A DNA stretch of 64,000 nucleotides, from positions 1,021-65,020 of the forward strand of contig JBEGVQ010000048.1 of the NCBI GenBank assembly GCA_041178345.1. The letters run 5' to 3'. Positions 15,309-24,725 of this stretch are shown in pieces. Under the pieces are notes generated by a model, which searched no databases, was not told the origin of the DNA, and worked only from the letters and a program-made list of their open reading frames with translations. The stretch's first letter is position 1. Each line of letters opens with the position of its first letter. Origin of the DNA: Acidobacteriota bacterium. GTDB taxonomy: Bacteria; Acidobacteriota; Vicinamibacteria; Vicinamibacterales; UBA2999. Made by a program: the position numbers and the translations under genes.

Positions 15309-16331
15309 TTGTCGTATAACATTTCGACTGAACAGCAGTCCCCCATCCGCGTCGCGGTGGCCGGGGCCACCGGCTTCGCCGGCCAGGAACTGATCCGCCT
15401 GCTCGCCCGGCATCCCCATGTCACGATTGCCGCGGCCACCGGTTCGCAGGCGACCAGCACCCCCCGCAGCCTGCCGGCGCTGAAGCGCATTTGGGACGGC
15501 ACGGTCGTGCCGCTCGATCCGGCGGCGCTCGCGGGCAAGGCCGAGGCCGTGTTCCTGGCACTGCCTGAAGCGGCGTCGGCCGACCTTGCGCCGGTGCTGC
15601 TCTCCGCCGGCCTGCGCATCATTGACCTGTCGGGGGCGTTCCGCCTCCGCGACGAGGCGTCGCGGTCGCGCTGGTATCCCGCAACCAAGTCGCTGCCCGC
15701 CGGCGTGGCCTACGGCCTGACCGAGTTCGAGACCGAGGCGATTCGCACGGCGCGCCTGTTGTCCAATCCCGGTTGCTACCCCACCGCGTCGCTGCTCGGC
15801 CTGCTGCCGTTGCAGCGCGCCGGGCTGTTGTTGCCGGGCGCCGACGTCGTGATCGACGCCAAGTCCGGTATTTCGGGCGCCGGCAAGGCGGCCTCCGATC
15901 GCACGCACTTCTCCGAGAACCATGGCAGCGTGGCCGCCTACAACCCCTTCGGCCATCGCCACACGCCGGAAATGGAGCAGGCACTCGGCCGCGGCGTCAC
16001 GTTCGTGCCGCACCTGGTGCCGCTCGACCGCGGCATCCTGGCGAGCCTCTACACCCGGCTGGTGCCGGGCACCACCACCGCCGCGGTCGCGGCGGCCTTC
16101 GAGCGCGCCTACGCGGACGCGCCGTTCGTCCGCCTCACGGGCGAGGCGCTGCCGGAGATCAAGCACGTGGCGCACACCAACTTCTGCGACATCGGCTGGA
16201 AGGTGGATGAAGCGACCGGCCGCGTGTTCGTGGTGAGCGTGATCGACAACCTGGTCAAGGGCGCCGCCGGGCAGGCCATCCAGAACTTCAACGTAATGTT
16301 CGGCCTCGACCAGAAGGCAGGCTTGCTGTGA
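15309..16331 (+). CDS. argC: N-acetyl-gamma-glutamyl-phosphate reductase
   Basis: IRVAVAGATGFAGQEL, SNPGCYPTA (active-site Cys) and VIDNLVKGAAGQAIQN. TTG start as in the ORF track; the exact start is uncertain. Confidence 0.88.
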   Translation: MSYNISTEQQSPIRVAVAGATGFAGQELIRLLARHPHVTIAAATGSQATSTPRSLPALKRIWDGTVVPLDPAALAGKAEAVFLALPEAASADLAPVLLSAGLRIIDLSGAFRLRDEASRSRWYPATKSLPAGVAYGLTEFETEAIRTARLLSNPGCYPTASLLGLLPLQRAGLLLPGADVVIDAKSGISGAGKAASDRTHFSENHGSVAAYNPFGHRHTPEMEQALGRGVTFVPHLVPLDRGILASLYTRLVPGTTTAAVAAAFERAYADAPFVRLTGEALPEIKHVAHTNFCDIGWKVDEATGRVFVVSVIDNLVKGAAGQAIQNFNVMFGLDQKAGLL

Positions 16332-17137
16332 AGCGCGCGGTGGTCCTGAAGCTCGGCGGGGAATTGCTCGAAGGCGCGGATCGGCTGAAGGCCATCAGCA
16401 AGGTCATCAACCAGGCCGCGAGGGCCCGGCCGCTGATCGTGGTGCACGGCGGCGGCCGCGAAATCGACGCGTCGCTGGCGCAGGTCGGCATCCCGAAGCG
16501 CCAGGTCGATGGCCTGCGCGTGACCGATCCGGAGACGCTGGAGATCGTGGTCGCGGTGCTGGCCGGCTCGATCAACACGCGGTTTGTGGCGGCCATCAAC
16601 GCCGCCGGCGGCCGCGCCATCGGCCTGACCGGCGCCGATGCCGGCGTGGCGCCGGTGAAGAAGGCCGCGCTGCACAAGGCAACCAGCGGCGACAACGTGG
16701 ATCTCGGCATGGTCGGGACGCCGGTGGCCAATGCCCCGACGCCGGCGTTGCTCGCGCTGCTCTGTCACGCCGGCTACGTGCCGGTGATTGCCTGCGTCAG
16801 CGCGTCGAAGGACGGGCAGTTGTTCAACGTCAATGCCGACACGCTGGCCGGCAGCCTGGCGTCGCGGCTCCAGGCCAAGCGCCTGGTGATTGCCGGCGCG
16901 ACCGCCGGCGTGCTCGACAAGCGCGGACAGACCATCCCGCGCCTCAACCACACCCACATCGCGAAGCTCGTCACGTCGGGCACCGCGAATGCGGGCATGG
17001 TCGCCAAGCTCACCGCCTGCGAGGCCGCCCTCACCGGCGCCAGCAGCGTGGTGATCATCGACGGGCGCGATGCCAAACGAATTGGCAAGGCCGTGGCACT
17101 GCAGAAGACCGACGCCACCTCGAGGGTAGTGAAATGA
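16328..17137 (+). CDS. argB: acetylglutamate kinase
   Basis: VVLKLGGELL, IVVHGGG and DGLRVTD, the AAK-family ArgB pattern. GTGA overlap with argC. Confidence 0.88.
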   Translation: MKRAVVLKLGGELLEGADRLKAISKVINQAARARPLIVVHGGGREIDASLAQVGIPKRQVDGLRVTDPETLEIVVAVLAGSINTRFVAAINAAGGRAIGLTGADAGVAPVKKAALHKATSGDNVDLGMVGTPVANAPTPALLALLCHAGYVPVIACVSASKDGQLFNVNADTLAGSLASRLQAKRLVIAGATAGVLDKRGQTIPRLNHTHIAKLVTSGTANAGMVAKLTACEAALTGASSVVIIDGRDAKRIGKAVALQKTDATSRVVK

Positions 17138-18360
17138 CCGTGACGACCACCCAGTCCGTGACCGCGCTCGAGGCCGAGCACGTGCTGCAAACCTACAAGC
17201 GGCAGCCGGTCGTGTTCGTGCGCGGCGAGGGCACCCGCCTGTTCGACGCCGACGGCCGGGCCTATCTCGATTTCATCTCGGGCATCGGCGTGGTCGTGCT
17301 CGGGCACGCGCATCCCGGCCTCGCGGCGGTGATTGCCGACCAGGCGAAGACCCTGGTGCACACCTCGAACCTCTATTACCACCCGCTGCAGGGCCAGCTC
17401 GCCGCCCGCCTGTCGGCCCTGTCGGGCCTGCAGCGCGCGTTCTTCTGCAACAGCGGCACCGAGGCGGTCGAAGCGTGCCTCAAGTTTGCGCGCCGCTACT
17501 GGTACTCACAGGGCATCAAGAACCGCACGGCCTACGTCGCGCTCGAACACGGGTTCTCGGGCCGCACCATGGGGGCGCTGTCGGTGACGGCCAACGCCCA
17601 CTACCGCGACCCGTTCGGACCGCTGATCCCCGGCGTCACGTTCGTGGCGCCCGGCGACATCGCCGGCCTCGAAGCGGCGGTCACCGAATCGACCGCCGCC
17701 ATCATCGCCGAGCCCATCCAGGGCGAAGGCGGCGTGCGGCCATTGCCGGACGAGTTCGCGGCCGCGATCGCGCGCGTCACGAAGCAGACCGGCACGCTGC
17801 TGATTGCCGATGAAATCCAGTGTGGCCTTGGCCGCACCGGCCGGCCGTTCCACTACCAGGCTCTGGGCTGGACGCCCGACCTGGTCACGGTAGGCAAGGC
17901 GATTGGCTCCGGCGTCCCGATCGGTGCGGCGCTGGTCGGCGAACACGTGGCCGCGCAGATCTTCGCCGGCGACCACGGCACGACCTACGGCGGCAACCTG
18001 CTGTCGACCCGCGCAGCTCTGTATGTGCTGGAACAGCTGGACGCACTGGCGCCGCACATTCGCGAGATGGGCGCGCTGTTCGAGCAGCGCCTGGGCGACC
18101 TGCAGCGCAAGCACCCGGTGGTCACCGCCGTGCGCGGCGCCGGCCTCATGCGCGGACTCGAACTCGCGGTCGATGCACAACCAGTGGTCGAGGCCGCCCT
18201 GAATGCGGGGCTGCTCGTGAACCGGACCGCCGAACGGGTGGTGCGGATGTTGCCGCCGCTGACGGTGTCGAAGGCGGACATTGAAGAAGCCATCGGCGTG
18301 CTCGATGGCGCGTTGGAGTCAGTCAAGGTCGAGCGATCGACGGTCGAGGTGAAGGCGTGA
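17134..18360 (+). CDS. argD: acetylornithine aminotransferase
   Basis: Class-III aminotransferase: NSGTEAVEA, ADEIQCGLGRTG, and the PLP lysine in DLVTVGKAIGSG. ATGA overlap with argB. Confidence 0.88.
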   Translation: MTVTTTQSVTALEAEHVLQTYKRQPVVFVRGEGTRLFDADGRAYLDFISGIGVVVLGHAHPGLAAVIADQAKTLVHTSNLYYHPLQGQLAARLSALSGLQRAFFCNSGTEAVEACLKFARRYWYSQGIKNRTAYVALEHGFSGRTMGALSVTANAHYRDPFGPLIPGVTFVAPGDIAGLEAAVTESTAAIIAEPIQGEGGVRPLPDEFAAAIARVTKQTGTLLIADEIQCGLGRTGRPFHYQALGWTPDLVTVGKAIGSGVPIGAALVGEHVAAQIFAGDHGTTYGGNLLSTRAALYVLEQLDALAPHIREMGALFEQRLGDLQRKHPVVTAVRGAGLMRGLELAVDAQPVVEAALNAGLLVNRTAERVVRMLPPLTVSKADIEEAIGVLDGALESVKVERSTVEVKA

Positions 18361-18956
18361 CGATGCGAGTGGTGGTTGATAACGGACCGGGCAAGGGGCG
18401 GCGTCCCCGTGCGGCCCAGCGGGGCCGGCAGGCCGCCCCGGCCATTACGCTGCGTGCGGCGACGGCTGCCGACGCGCCGGCGCTGCACGCCTTGATCGCC
18501 GCGCACCTCGAAGAAGGCCGCCTGCTGCCGCGCACCCTCGGTGAACTGGCCGACCATGCGCACCGCTTCGTCGTCGCCATGACCGGCGACCGGATCGTCG
18601 GCTGCGCCGAACTGGCCCCGCTGTCGAAGGCGGTGGCCGAAGTGCGCTCGCTGGTGGTCAGCAGCGAGGCTCGCCAGACGGGTCTCGGCTATCGCATGGT
18701 GGACGAACTCGGCCGTCGCGCGCGGCGCGAAGGCTTCGAGCGGCTGACGGCGTTCGCCCACGACCCGCGGTTCTTCGTGCGCCTGGGTTTCTCGATCGTC
18801 CCCCACACGTGGGTGCCCGAGAAGATCGCGCACGACTGCCATTCGTGTCCGCTGTTCCGCAACTGCGGGCAGTACGCCATCGTCCTTGACCTGGAACGGG
18901 CCCATGCCCAGTCCGGCGCCGGAGCGCGCGCCTCAGCGGGGATCGGCCGTGGCTGA
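18357..18956 (+). CDS. GNAT acetyltransferase, short N-acetylglutamate-synthase-like
   Basis: GNAT motif A (VVSSEARQTGLGYRMV) plus a C-terminal Cys cluster (DCHSCPLFRNC) as in short single-domain NAGS-type enzymes. It is embedded between argD and argJ. The start is GTG 18357 or ATG 18363. Confidence 0.6.
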   Translation: MTMRVVVDNGPGKGRRPRAAQRGRQAAPAITLRAATAADAPALHALIAAHLEEGRLLPRTLGELADHAHRFVVAMTGDRIVGCAELAPLSKAVAEVRSLVVSSEARQTGLGYRMVDELGRRARREGFERLTAFAHDPRFFVRLGFSIVPHTWVPEKIAHDCHSCPLFRNCGQYAIVLDLERAHAQSGAGARASAGIGRG

Positions 18957-18957
18957 C

Positions 18958-20160
18958 ATGCACCCGATCGCCGGCGGCATCACCGCCCCGGCCGGCTTTC
19001 GCGCCAGCGGACTCCACTGCGGCATCAAGGCGAGCGGCAAGTTTGACCTCGCCCTGGTGGCCAGCGACGTGACGGCGCAGGCCGCCGGGGTCTTTACGCT
19101 CAACCTTGCCAAGGCCGCGCCGCTGATCGTCTGCGAAGAACACCTCGCGGTGACCGGCGGACGGGCCCGCGCCATGGTCACCAACAGCGGCTGCGCCAAC
19201 GCCTGCACCGGTCCGCAGGGCCTGGCCGATGCGCACGAGATGGCAGCACTGACCGCTGGCGCGATCGGCTGCGACCCGCACGAGGTGCTGGTCGGCTCAA
19301 CCGGCGTAATCGGCGTCAACCTGAAGATGGACAAGCTGCGCGCCGGCATTCCGCAGGCCGTCGCCGCGCTCAGTGACGACGGCGGCGCCGCTGCCGCGCG
19401 CGGCATCATGACGACCGATCCGTTCCCGAAGGAGTACGCCGTCGAGGTGCGCACTGACATCGGCTCGTTCCGGGTCGGCGGCATGGCGAAGGGCTCGGGC
19501 ATGATCGAGCCGCGGATGGCGACGATGCTGGGCTACCTCACGACCGATGCGACCGTTGACCCGGTGATGCTGTCGCGGGCGCTGACCGACGCGTGCCGGT
19601 TCACGTTCAACGCGATTACGGTCGACGGCGAACCATCCACCAACGACTGCGTGCTGGCGCTCGCCAACGGCCGCAGCGGCGTGGAGATCACCGAAGATCT
19701 CTACCCGGTCCTGTTCGAGGCGTTCCGGACCGTGGCCCACGAGCTGGCGCTCGGCGTCGTGCGCGGTGGCGAGGGCGCCACCAAGCTCATCGCCATCACG
19801 ACGACGGGCGCCGCCACCGACGCTGACGCGTGGCTGGCCGCGCGGGCGATCGCCAACTCACCGCTCGTCAAGACCGCCGTCCACGGCGGCGATCCCAACT
19901 GGGGCCGCCTGGTCGCCGCGGCCGGGCGATCGGGCGCGGCCTTCGTGCTCGACGGCGCGCGGGTGCAGATCGGCCCGCTGGTGTTGTTCGAGAACGGCCG
20001 GCCGTTCGACGAGCGGGCGCCGCAGGCGGCCGACTACCTGACCGGCCAGGACCTGGCGATCGAGGTCAACCTCGGGACCGGCGGAGCCTACCGGGCCACC
20101 GTGTGGACCTGCGACTTGTCGGCCGAGTACGTGAAGATCAACGCCGAGTATCGGACGTAA
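18958..20160 (+). CDS. argJ: bifunctional ornithine acetyltransferase / N-acetylglutamate synthase
   Basis: MHPIAGGITAPAGFRASG, the autoprocessing site MATMLGYLTTDA, and the C-terminal YVKINAEYRT. The start was re-set to ATG 18958, 1 nt after the GNAT stop. Confidence 0.9.
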   Translation: MHPIAGGITAPAGFRASGLHCGIKASGKFDLALVASDVTAQAAGVFTLNLAKAAPLIVCEEHLAVTGGRARAMVTNSGCANACTGPQGLADAHEMAALTAGAIGCDPHEVLVGSTGVIGVNLKMDKLRAGIPQAVAALSDDGGAAAARGIMTTDPFPKEYAVEVRTDIGSFRVGGMAKGSGMIEPRMATMLGYLTTDATVDPVMLSRALTDACRFTFNAITVDGEPSTNDCVLALANGRSGVEITEDLYPVLFEAFRTVAHELALGVVRGGEGATKLIAITTTGAATDADAWLAARAIANSPLVKTAVHGGDPNWGRLVAAAGRSGAAFVLDGARVQIGPLVLFENGRPFDERAPQAADYLTGQDLAIEVNLGTGGAYRATVWTCDLSAEYVKINAEYRT

Positions 20161-20163
20161 ACC

Positions 20164-21087
20164 TTGCAGAATTTTCTCTCGATTCTCGATCTCGATCCCG
20201 ACCGCCTGGCGAAAGTGCTGGCGCTTGCCGCCAAGCTGAAGCGCGAGCGCGTCAAGGGGATGAAGGCGCCCACCTGGAACGCCCTCAACGGCAAGCATGT
20301 CGGGCTGTTGTTCGAGAAACCATCTCTGCGGACCCGGGTCACGATGACCATCGGCGTGCGTGAACTCGGCGGCGACATCGTCGAAATTCCGGCCGACGTG
20401 ATGCACGCCGACCGCGAGCCGATCCAGGACGTGGCCCGCAACCTCGAGCGCTGGGTCGACGCGGTGGTCATCCGCACGTTCGCGCAGGACCGGCTGACGC
20501 AGATTGCCGAGATCACGCCGAAGCTTCACGTCATCAACGCGCTCAGCAATGAGGAGCACCCGTGCCAGGCGCTGGCCGACATGCAGACGCTGTCAGAGAA
20601 GTGGAGCTCGTTCGAGGGGCGCCGCATTGCCTTCGTCGGTGACGGCAACAACGTGTGCACGTCGCTCGTGCACGTGGCCATGATGCTGGGCATCGCGGTG
20701 CACGTCGCCACGCCGAAGGGCTACGAGCTGCCCGACGAGGTCGTGGAGCAAGCAGCCGCGGTGTCGCAGAAAGGCGCCGGCCTGACCGAGTTTACCGACC
20801 CCAAGGCGGCGGTGCGGGACGTCGATGCGGTCTACACCGACGTCTGGACCTCGATGGGCCAGGAAGTCGAGTACGCCGACCGCAAGAAGATGTTCCAGCG
20901 CTACCAGGTGAACGAGAACCTGATGGCGCTGGCGAAACCCGGGGCGCTGTTCATGCACTGCCTGCCCGCCCATCGCGGCGACGAAGTGACCGACGACGTG
21001 ATCGAATCGCCGAGCTCGGTGGTCTTCGACCAGGCCGAGAACCGGTTGCACGCGCAAAAGGCCCTGCTGGTGCAGATGCTCGCCTAG
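20164..21087 (+). CDS. argF: ornithine carbamoyltransferase
   Basis: FEKPSLRTR, HPCQALAD, DVWTSMG and HCLPAHRG. TTG start as in the ORF track. Confidence 0.85.
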   Translation: MQNFLSILDLDPDRLAKVLALAAKLKRERVKGMKAPTWNALNGKHVGLLFEKPSLRTRVTMTIGVRELGGDIVEIPADVMHADREPIQDVARNLERWVDAVVIRTFAQDRLTQIAEITPKLHVINALSNEEHPCQALADMQTLSEKWSSFEGRRIAFVGDGNNVCTSLVHVAMMLGIAVHVATPKGYELPDEVVEQAAAVSQKGAGLTEFTDPKAAVRDVDAVYTDVWTSMGQEVEYADRKKMFQRYQVNENLMALAKPGALFMHCLPAHRGDEVTDDVIESPSSVVFDQAENRLHAQKALLVQMLA

Positions 21088-21197
21088 CGGCGGGCGCCGG
21101 CGGGCGATCGGCGGCGTCTGCCTCGCGATTCAGGTAGTCGGCATCACACAGGTGGCGCACCGGCACTGGCGCGAGTATCGCGAGATCGAAGCGCTGG

Positions 21198-23438
21198 TCA
21201 AGGCGAGGGCGGCGATTTGACCGCAGCCGGCGGCGCCTTCAAGTACTTGTCGTACCACGCCACGATGCGCTGCTCGAAGTCAATGCTCTCGGCCGCGCTG
21301 TTGGGCGGACGGTGGCCGCCGTTCACGTAGCGCACCCACTCCACTTCCTTCCCCAGCCGCCGCAACGCGTAGTACAACTCGCGCGACTGGTTGGCCGGCA
21401 CGTTGGGGTCCTGGTCGCCGCTGATCGTCAAGAGCGGCGTCTTGACGCGGTCAAGGCGGAAGATCGCAGAGTGGTCGATATAGCGCTCCGGGTACTCCCA
21501 CAACGTGCCGCCAATGCGGTCCTGGCTCTTCTCGGGCGCGTGGGTATTGCGCACGCCCAGCCGTTCGCTGTCGGTGTAGAAGCTGACCATGTTGACCTTG
21601 CCCGACACGTTGATCGCCGCCTTGAAGCGGTCGGTCTCGGTCAAGAGCAGCACGGTGGCGTAGCCGCCGTAGCTGGTCCCGTGCACGCCGAGCCGATCGG
21701 GATCCGCGATGCCCATGTCGATCAGCTTGTTCGCCGCCGCCGTCACGCCCTTGGCCCACGACTCGCCGGGGCGCCCCACCACCAGGTTCACCGACGGGTG
21801 GAATACGGCGTAGCCCTGCCCGGCCAGGAACGCGGCGCGGCCGTTGAAGCCGTTGTCGAAGAAGGTCTCGTAGATTTCAAACACCGTCGGGTACTGCTTG
21901 CCCTTCGCGTAGCCGACCGGATACCGCAGCACGCCGTAGAGCACCTTGCCGTCGGCGTCGCGGTACGACACCAGTTCGGACGCCGGCAGCGCCCTGGCCG
22001 CCATCCAGGGATTGAGGTCGGTGAGCTTGCGGACGTTCTTGAACGAGGCATCGGCGGCGAACATGTCGGCCGGCCGCGTGCCGTCGGACTTCTGGAACAC
22101 CACCGTGCTGCCGTCGCGTGACACCCGGAAGCCCTGGTAGACGCCACTGTCCCGGATGAGGGGCGTGAGCGCCGTGGTCGCGAGGTCGAGACGTGAGAAA
22201 CCGCGGTCCCAGCGGTCCGGTTCGCCGTACTGCACCAGCAGGGCGTCGCCAGCCGGGGTCCAGTCGACCACCGTCAGCTTGGGGTTCTTGTCCTCGTTCT
22301 TGTCGTCAAGCGCCAGCACCAGGTCGCGCGCGCCGTTGGCCACGGTGGTGACATACCAGCCCTTCTTGCTGGTGAGCAACAGCTTCGAACCGTCGCGCGA
22401 GAACGACGTCACCGCAAACGACTCCGCTTCGTCGTCGCCAGCCGCGGGCACCGGGGCATTGGGATCCTTGGCCGGCTTGGGGGTGAGCGATCTCGGCTTC
22501 TCATCGTCCACACCCTTCACGAACACTTCACCCTTGTCGGCATACGCCAGCGTGCGCCGGTCGTCTGACCAACGCGGCTGGATGGTCTTCAGGGTGTTCG
22601 CGTCAAGAATAGTGCGGACCGTGCCGCCCCTGGTCATGATCCGCGCGGCGTTGTCGGTACCGCCGATTACGTCGTAGCTGGTCTTCTCGGTGCTGTCTTC
22701 GAGCCACGTCACGAAGGAGCCATCGCGCGAGAACTGGTAGTTGGTGATGGCGGTGGGCGCGAGCACGGCGATCTTGGTACCGCTCGCGGGATCGATCTCG
22801 GCGAGCGCGCGGCGGCGGTTGGCGCGATTCATCGCGTCCCAGTCCAGAAACGGCGTGGAGGCCTGCACCACGATCGGTCCCGAGACCAGGGTCTTGAAGG
22901 CGGCATTCGCAGCCTTGTCGTCCTCGGGATCGCGCAGGGCGACCAGCAGCTTCGTCCCGTCCGGCGTCCACGCGAGATCCGAGTTCGCTGCCACTTCGGC
23001 GCCGGCCGATCGGGGCACCTGGGTCAGGCGCTTGCCGGCGACGTCGTACACCCACAACGTGGTCACGGGCAGGCCGGCGGAGGTTTCCGCGGCCGTCAGC
23101 AGCGCCAGCCGGGCACCATCCCGGGTGAACGCCGCGGTGCGCACGTTCATCAGGCCGGTGCCGACGCGGTCGGCGGCGCCGGTAGTGGTGTCAATCACCT
23201 GCACCTCCATCATGGCCGGCGCGAAGTAGGCCGGGTCGCCGTAGCGGCGGTGATTGGTCTCGGCATTGTCGAACAGCCGGCGCGCGCCGATGGCGACCCG
23301 GCGACCGTCATCACTGAGATCCAGCACCGCCGCCGTCGTCACCTTGAGAATGTCCTCGGCCGAGATCGGCGTGCCGGACTGAGCCGCTGGTGAAGAGAGC
23401 GCGAGCGTGACGAGCGCGAGCGTGGCGAATCGCTTCAT
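21198..23438 (-). CDS. secreted S9-family serine peptidase with TolB-like beta-propeller
   Basis: Start re-set to MKRFATLALVTLALSSPAAQS (ATG 23438). The protein has N-terminal propeller repeats, then GVHGTSYGGY (GxSxG), SGDQDPNVP and NGGHRP (Asp/His of the catalytic triad). Confidence 0.85.
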   Translation of the reverse strand: MKRFATLALVTLALSSPAAQSGTPISAEDILKVTTAAVLDLSDDGRRVAIGARRLFDNAETNHRRYGDPAYFAPAMMEVQVIDTTTGAADRVGTGLMNVRTAAFTRDGARLALLTAAETSAGLPVTTLWVYDVAGKRLTQVPRSAGAEVAANSDLAWTPDGTKLLVALRDPEDDKAANAAFKTLVSGPIVVQASTPFLDWDAMNRANRRRALAEIDPASGTKIAVLAPTAITNYQFSRDGSFVTWLEDSTEKTSYDVIGGTDNAARIMTRGGTVRTILDANTLKTIQPRWSDDRRTLAYADKGEVFVKGVDDEKPRSLTPKPAKDPNAPVPAAGDDEAESFAVTSFSRDGSKLLLTSKKGWYVTTVANGARDLVLALDDKNEDKNPKLTVVDWTPAGDALLVQYGEPDRWDRGFSRLDLATTALTPLIRDSGVYQGFRVSRDGSTVVFQKSDGTRPADMFAADASFKNVRKLTDLNPWMAARALPASELVSYRDADGKVLYGVLRYPVGYAKGKQYPTVFEIYETFFDNGFNGRAAFLAGQGYAVFHPSVNLVVGRPGESWAKGVTAAANKLIDMGIADPDRLGVHGTSYGGYATVLLLTETDRFKAAINVSGKVNMVSFYTDSERLGVRNTHAPEKSQDRIGGTLWEYPERYIDHSAIFRLDRVKTPLLTISGDQDPNVPANQSRELYYALRRLGKEVEWVRYVNGGHRPPNSAAESIDFEQRIVAWYDKYLKAPPAAVKSPPSP

Positions 23439-23440
23439 GG

Positions 23441-24709
23441 CTACTCCTTCACCAGCCGGGCGCGAATCAGCGCCTGGATCTCGTCGTTGCGCGGGTTCTC
23501 GTAGTAGAGCCGCTGGCGGCCGTCGGCATCCTGGGAAATCACGGCTGGAATGGAACTGGCGACGACCGTCCACCCGGCCGGCAACACGACCGCATTGCGC
23601 GGGCGGCCGAAGGCACGGTCCCACACCAGTTCATCGCCCTCGAGCAGGTAGCGGTTGGGATCGGTGTAGGTCTCGGTGATTCGCAAACGCGCCGACTGCC
23701 CCGCCTTGATCGCGGGAAACGAGATGACGACGACCTGCGTCGCGTCGGCCACTGGCTCGCCGGCATCGAGGCCGCGCTTCTTCAGCTCGGCGCCGGTGAC
23801 GGTCTCCACCTTCAGCGCTTCACCCGTGTCGAGCAAGACCGCCGATGGGTTCGACACGGTGCTGCCGGCGCGCACGACGTTGAAGTAATGCCCGACGCCC
23901 GGCCGCGACTCGGTGTAGTCGTGGAACAGGTTGAACGAATGCGTGGCCGGATCGTTCGGGAAGTACACAATCTCGCGATCCTGGTGCGCCCGGTCCGAGA
24001 GGCGCGCGGCCTGCGAGGCCATCGTCGTGGTCGCAGCGGCGCCACGGGTCGTCGGCAGCTTCTGGGTAAAGGGAGGCAACCCGGGCTTGGCCCGGATGAC
24101 CAACGGCGCAGTCGCGGCGCTGGTGTTCATGAAGGTGATCATCACGCGGCCGTCGGCGGTCGCCATGACCTGCGATGGCACGTTGCAGCTGATCAGGCGA
24201 TACCCGAACGGCAGGACCACGGCATTGCGGCGAATGCCGAGCGAGCGGTCGAAGACAATCGTATCGCCGTCGCGGAAGTAGCTCTTGGCGTCCTTGTAGG
24301 TCTTGTCGATCAGGACGCGCGCCTCCCCGCCCTTCGGCACCGGCCGGGCCAGGTGCACCTTCAACCACTCGGTTTCGAGGTCGGCGGTGGGATGTCCCTC
24401 GGCGCGCGCCTGCTGGCCGGTGACGACCTCCCACTTGAGCGGCAGTCCCGTCGCCATGTCAGTGACGCGCTCGTCGGTGGCGATGCTGCCGCGGCGAATG
24501 GCATTGAAGAAAAAGGGCGCGCCGGCCCTCGTCGCGGTGACTTCGTAGAGGATCCGGAACTGCGCGGTGTCGGGCCCGAGCAGTTCATAGCGCGTGTAGT
24601 CGTCTTCCTGGGTCTGGCGCTGGGGCGCCTGGGCGAACAGCGCCGACGCCGAAGACAACACGATCAGAATGGCCAGCGCCGGCGCCCTCAATCTCATGCG
24701 CCGAATCAT
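23441..24709 (-). CDS. secreted hypothetical protein made of two tandem ~180-aa homologous domains
   Basis: Signal peptide MIRRMRLRAPALAILIVLSSASALFAQ. The internal duplication is clear: ..EARVLIDKTYKDAKSYFRDGDTIVFDRSLGIRRNAVVLPFGYRLISCNVPSQV.. versus ..SARLRITETYTDPNRYLLEGDELVWDRAFGRPRNAVVLPAGWTVVASSIPAVI... The stop lies 2 nt before the S9 peptidase ATG. Confidence 0.7.
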   Translation of the reverse strand: MIRRMRLRAPALAILIVLSSASALFAQAPQRQTQEDDYTRYELLGPDTAQFRILYEVTATRAGAPFFFNAIRRGSIATDERVTDMATGLPLKWEVVTGQQARAEGHPTADLETEWLKVHLARPVPKGGEARVLIDKTYKDAKSYFRDGDTIVFDRSLGIRRNAVVLPFGYRLISCNVPSQVMATADGRVMITFMNTSAATAPLVIRAKPGLPPFTQKLPTTRGAAATTTMASQAARLSDRAHQDREIVYFPNDPATHSFNLFHDYTESRPGVGHYFNVVRAGSTVSNPSAVLLDTGEALKVETVTGAELKKRGLDAGEPVADATQVVVISFPAIKAGQSARLRITETYTDPNRYLLEGDELVWDRAFGRPRNAVVLPAGWTVVASSIPAVISQDADGRQRLYYENPRNDEIQALIRARLVKE

Positions 24710-24725
24710 AGCGCCGAACGGCTGG

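Noticed and set aside
21152-21220. 22-codon plus-strand ORF (VAHRHWREYREIEALVKARAAI) after argF, overlapping the 3' end of the S9 peptidase gene.
   Set aside because: It is very short, with no SD or promoter and no recognisable family. It overlaps a well-supported convergent gene and is most likely non-coding.
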